Origin: the human T2T-CHM13v2.0 reference genome, Homo sapiens
DNA length: 64,000 bases
Reading direction: 5' to 3' (one strand)
NCBI RefSeq assembly: GCF_009914755.1
Contig: NC_060930.1
A model generated the notes under the pieces. It saw only the letters and a list, made by a program, of their open reading frames with translations. It had not been told where the DNA came from and did not search any database. Positions 60,611 through 64,000 of the stretch are shown piece by piece (positions within the stretch are counted from its first letter, which is position 1; each line of letters opens with the position of its first letter). Both the position numbers and the translations under genes were made by a program.

Positions 60611-61077
60611 TTAACTGCTTCATGCTGAATTGGGGCATAGTAGGGGTCGTGCAGTTGAGATTTCCTTGGGAGGGGTGCCTTCAATGTCATCAACATTGGA
60701 GCATGGGCTAGCAGGCCAGTCCAGGGGTCCGCGGTAGATCTTAGTCATGGACTGCATCTGGGGCTCCATTTGAAGAACCATTTGTAGTTTTACAGCTTCG
60801 ATTCTGGAAGAGACAAACGTAACAAGGAGGTTAAAGATACAAGGATTGAAATGTACGGCCTGAAGTGCAGGGGCATATGAGTGTGGGCGGTGCAAGTGGG
60901 GTTTCCTTTAGAAAAACTCCGATACAATAGGGCATCAATATTTCTAGGAAGCCACATTCTCCATAGAAGCTCTCGGTAAGGGGAGCTACTGGTAGTACAG
61001 CAGCATACAGGGGGTGCAGTGAGAGTGAAAGGGGGTAAGAGAACAGTAAAAAGAAAAATATGACAAGGGAGGGCCAA
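60611..61077 (-). pseudogene. HERV-W env (syncytin-1 paralog) with large internal deletion and lost start codon
   Basis: ALPCHIFLFTVLLPPFTLTAPP...SFSKGNPTCTAHTHMP joined out of frame to PCIFNLLVTFVSSRIEAVKLQMVLQMEPQMQS...LLCPNSA*; start is TTG. Confidence 0.9.
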
Positions 61078-61099
61078 GAGGATCTACGATTCTAGTTAC

Positions 61100-64000
61100 T
61101 TTCCTCACGGTTGTCGCCTGAAGAGCAGGCGCAGATCCTCTAGAGGTTCACAGGAATAGCTAGCATTGTCTGCTGGATTTTCGGGTTCCTTTGGCAGTAT
61201 CCAGGGTTTGGCTCGAGTGTGACTTATCCAAGACTCCACTCCAGCCACTTAACTGCGGTTAGGGTAGATAAAATGACTGGGTAGGGTCCTTCCCAGGATG
61301 TGTGTAGGGATGGGGAATTAAAGGGGAAGGGACTTGACTAATACCATGTCACCAGGGTGGAATAATTCCTTTCCCTCCTCTCAGGGACAGGTTCCCTGTA
61401 ATGTTTTAAGAACTCGTTGATATTTGGCTAAGGAGGTGATGTCTGCAACTAAGTTGGCCGTCTCTCAGTCAAGCACAAGGTCATTGGTTAGGAAGGGCTG
61501 TCCATACAGCATCTCATATGGACTAAGTCCTGCTTTTTGGGGACAGTTTCGGATTCTTAGTAAGGCTATAGGCAACAGAGCAGGCCATGCAAGGTGGGTT
61601 TCTTGGGTTAGCTTTTTTAGATGTCGTTTGAGTGTTTCATTCATTTTCTCAACTTTTCCTGAGGATCGTGGCCTCCAGGCACAGTGTAAGTGATATTGTA
61701 TACCTAACGCCTGGGATACTCCCTGCGTTACTGCAGCCTTGAAATTGGGGCCATTGTCACTCTGTAAACCTCAGGGAAGTCCGAATCTGGGAATTATTTC
61801 ATGAATTAGTACTTTTATTACCTCTTGGGCCTTTTCTGTCCTACAAGGGAAGGCCTCCACCCAACCAGTGAAAGTACCCAGATTAGTAGATACTGAAATC
61901 TCTGAGATTTGGGCATGTGGGTAAAATCTAGTTGCTAGTCTTCTCCTGGGTAATGGCCTGTTCTTTGTTCTCCTGAAGGAGCTTGGCAATAAGGCAGGGG
62001 ATTATTTCTTTGGCACACTTCACAGGCCCTGACTATCTGCTTGACAGTTTTGAAAAGGCCTGGTCCAGTAAATAATGATTTGGCCATCTGATGGGTGCTG
62101 TCAATGCCTAAGTGAAAGGTCTGGTGAAGGGTTTTAAGTAATTTCCATTGGTTAGCTGCAGGCAAAAGTATTTTTTCTTTGGTGGCTGGCCATCCTGAGG
62201 AGAGGAAACTATGTCCTCGTGAGTTTCCCCATTCCATTTCTTCTGCTGAGTACTGGAGCTTGGTTTCCCAGAGGGGATTACCCCATACTAGGGGTCCTTC
62301 TGTAAGCATTTCTAATGGAGAGTCCTGCCTTGTGGCTCTTTTGGCTTCAATATCTGCTTGGCGATTCCCTATATTTCCCTTTCCTTTCCTTTCCTTTCTG
62401 ATGACCCCAGCAGTGTAAGACTGCCATCTCTTTAGGTTTCTGTACAGCCAATAATAATGTCCTAATGGTTTCCTGATGTTTGATACGTGTTCCCTCGGAA
62501 GTTAGGAATTCCCTTTCTCTCCATATTGCTGCATGGGCATGGAGGACTAGGTAAGCATACTTAGTCTGTATATATTTACCCTTTTTCCTTCTAATTCTAG
62601 TGCCTGAGTGACGGCTATTAGTTCTGCCAGCTGAGTGCTAGTTCCTGGAGTGAGGGGATTACTTTCAAGTATTCCATTATCACTGAACACTGCGTAAGCC
62701 GCCTTTCGAAGTCCTTTTTCTACAAAGGAGCTTCCATCAGTATACAAGTTGAGGTCGGGATCAGTCAAGGGAACCTCTAAAAGGTCCCCTTGAGCGGCAT
62801 AGGTTTGAGCAATTACTTGTTGCCAGTTATGTTCTATTTTTTCTTCATTGTCTGGAAGAAATGTGGCTGGATTAAGAGTTGCGCAAGTGTGCAGTCACAG
62901 CACTGGTCCTTCAAGTAATAGAGCCCGATATTTAAGCAAACGGTTGTCTGACAGCCACAAGTCCCCTTTAGCAGTGAGTATGCTGTTCACATCATGAGAT
63001 GTCCACACAGTAAGAGCTCTTCCTTGTATCATTTTAACTGCTTTAGATACTAAGACTGCTATTGCTGCCACTACCCGTAAACAGTGAGGCCAACGCTTTG
63101 CCACTACATCAATTTCCTTACTCAGGTATGCCACGGGTTGCAAGCTGGTCCCAGTTTCCTTACTCAGGTATGCCACGGGTTGCAAGCTGGTCCTTCGGAC
63201 CTGTGTAAGGACTCTTAGAGCTGTTCATGTTTTTTCTGTGACATATAAAGAAAAGTCTTGCCTCGTTGGTAAGCTTAACACTGGGGCTTGGGTTAGGCCC
63301 TACTTTAGGACCTGAAAAGCCACTTCTGCTTCAGGTGTCTATCTTACTAAATGGGTATTGGCTTTCTGAGTTTCCTTAATTAGTGTGTATAATGGCCTGG
63401 CTATTTTGCCATACCTGTTAATCCATATTTGGCAGAAGCCTGTTATGCCAAGGAACATTCTTAATTGCTTCAGGGTTTTGGGATGAGGATAAGCCGATAT
63501 AGGCTGGATACGTTCCTCACTGAGGGCCCTGGTGCCTTTGGATAATTTTAGCCGTAAGTGTTTAACCTGCTGTAAGCAGAGCTGAGCCTTTGGTTTGGAA
63601 ACCTTGTAGCCACAAGTGGCGAGGAAGTTTAAAAGCGCTTGGGTGGCTTGATGGCACAAGGTTTCTGAACGGGCAGCTAGAAGTAAATCATCCATGTACC
63701 AAAGGACATGAGTGTCCAAGTATGAGAACTGGCTCAAGTCTTGGGCTAATGCCTGGCCAAACAGATAGGGGCTATCCCTGAACCCTTGGGGTAAAACAGT
63801 CCAGGTGAGTTGAGACATTGGGTTCAAAGGATCTTCAAAGGCAAATAAGAATTGAGAGTCAGGATGTACAGGGATGCAGAAAAAAGCATCCCTAAGGTCC
63901 AGGACTGTAAACCACTCTGCTTCCTCTAGTATTTGGGAAAGTGGAGTATAAGGGTTAGGTACAGCTGGGTATAGAGGGACAATGGCCTCATTGATAATCC
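61100..64000 (-). pseudogene. HERV-W pol (RT, RNase H, integrase), disrupted
   Basis: RT LTWTVLPQGFRDSP...YMDDLLL; RNase H LYTDGSSF...TQLAELIA; integrase zinc finger LHQTFHLG...CEVCQRNNP and TFTGWVEAFP...IIPRFGLP; multiple frameshifts. Confidence 0.92.

Larger units (their letters stand above)
60204..64000 (-). mobile_element. HERV-W (HERV17/LTR17) processed pseudogene, 3' part, antisense in AIG1 intron 1; continues past the window end
   Basis: A22 tail (60204-60225) joined to the R region after ATTAAA; 3' LTR is U3-R only (60226-60551, 326 bp, no U5); polypurine tract 60552-60563; env and pol remnants upstream. Confidence 0.93.

Noticed and set aside
60620-61077. Syncytin-1 (ERVW-1) gene or a functional env
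   Set aside because: Start codon is TTG, most of SU/TM is deleted with a frameshift, and the tail carries the 12-bp segment absent from ERVW-1.

Overview
Primate (almost certainly human) nuclear DNA covering the 5' end of AIG1 (androgen-induced 1, chr6q24.2 by recall), dominated by transposable-element debris. The only protein-coding exon I can support is AIG1 exon 1 (CDS 41350-41490, + strand, in a CpG island), which encodes the catalytic Thr43. Upstream lie a near full-length but dead L1PA (9673-16090, -), a long L1MC remnant with nested L1PA and Alu insertions, several MaLR and ERV1 solo LTRs, and an LTR12F-like solo LTR about 1.5 kb before the ATG. Intron 1 holds an LTR7 (HERV-H) solo LTR, many Alus and old L1s, a ~140-bp mitochondrial insertion (COX3 3' end plus tRNA-Gly start), and the 3' 3.8 kb of an L1-retroposed HERV-W processed pseudogene. 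I found no evidence for a wholly new biological system. The best leads are: (1) an LTR12F promoter followed immediately by a strong splice donor, which could give an alternative AIG1 first exon lacking Thr43; (2) an old NUMT with ancestral mtDNA character states and a palindromic junction; (3) a tiny twin-primed L1 inside another L1; (4) a TATA-box plus splice-donor unit on the minus strand at ~17.5 kb. Repeat subfamily names come from recalled consensus features. Boundaries are approximate unless a TSD is given.
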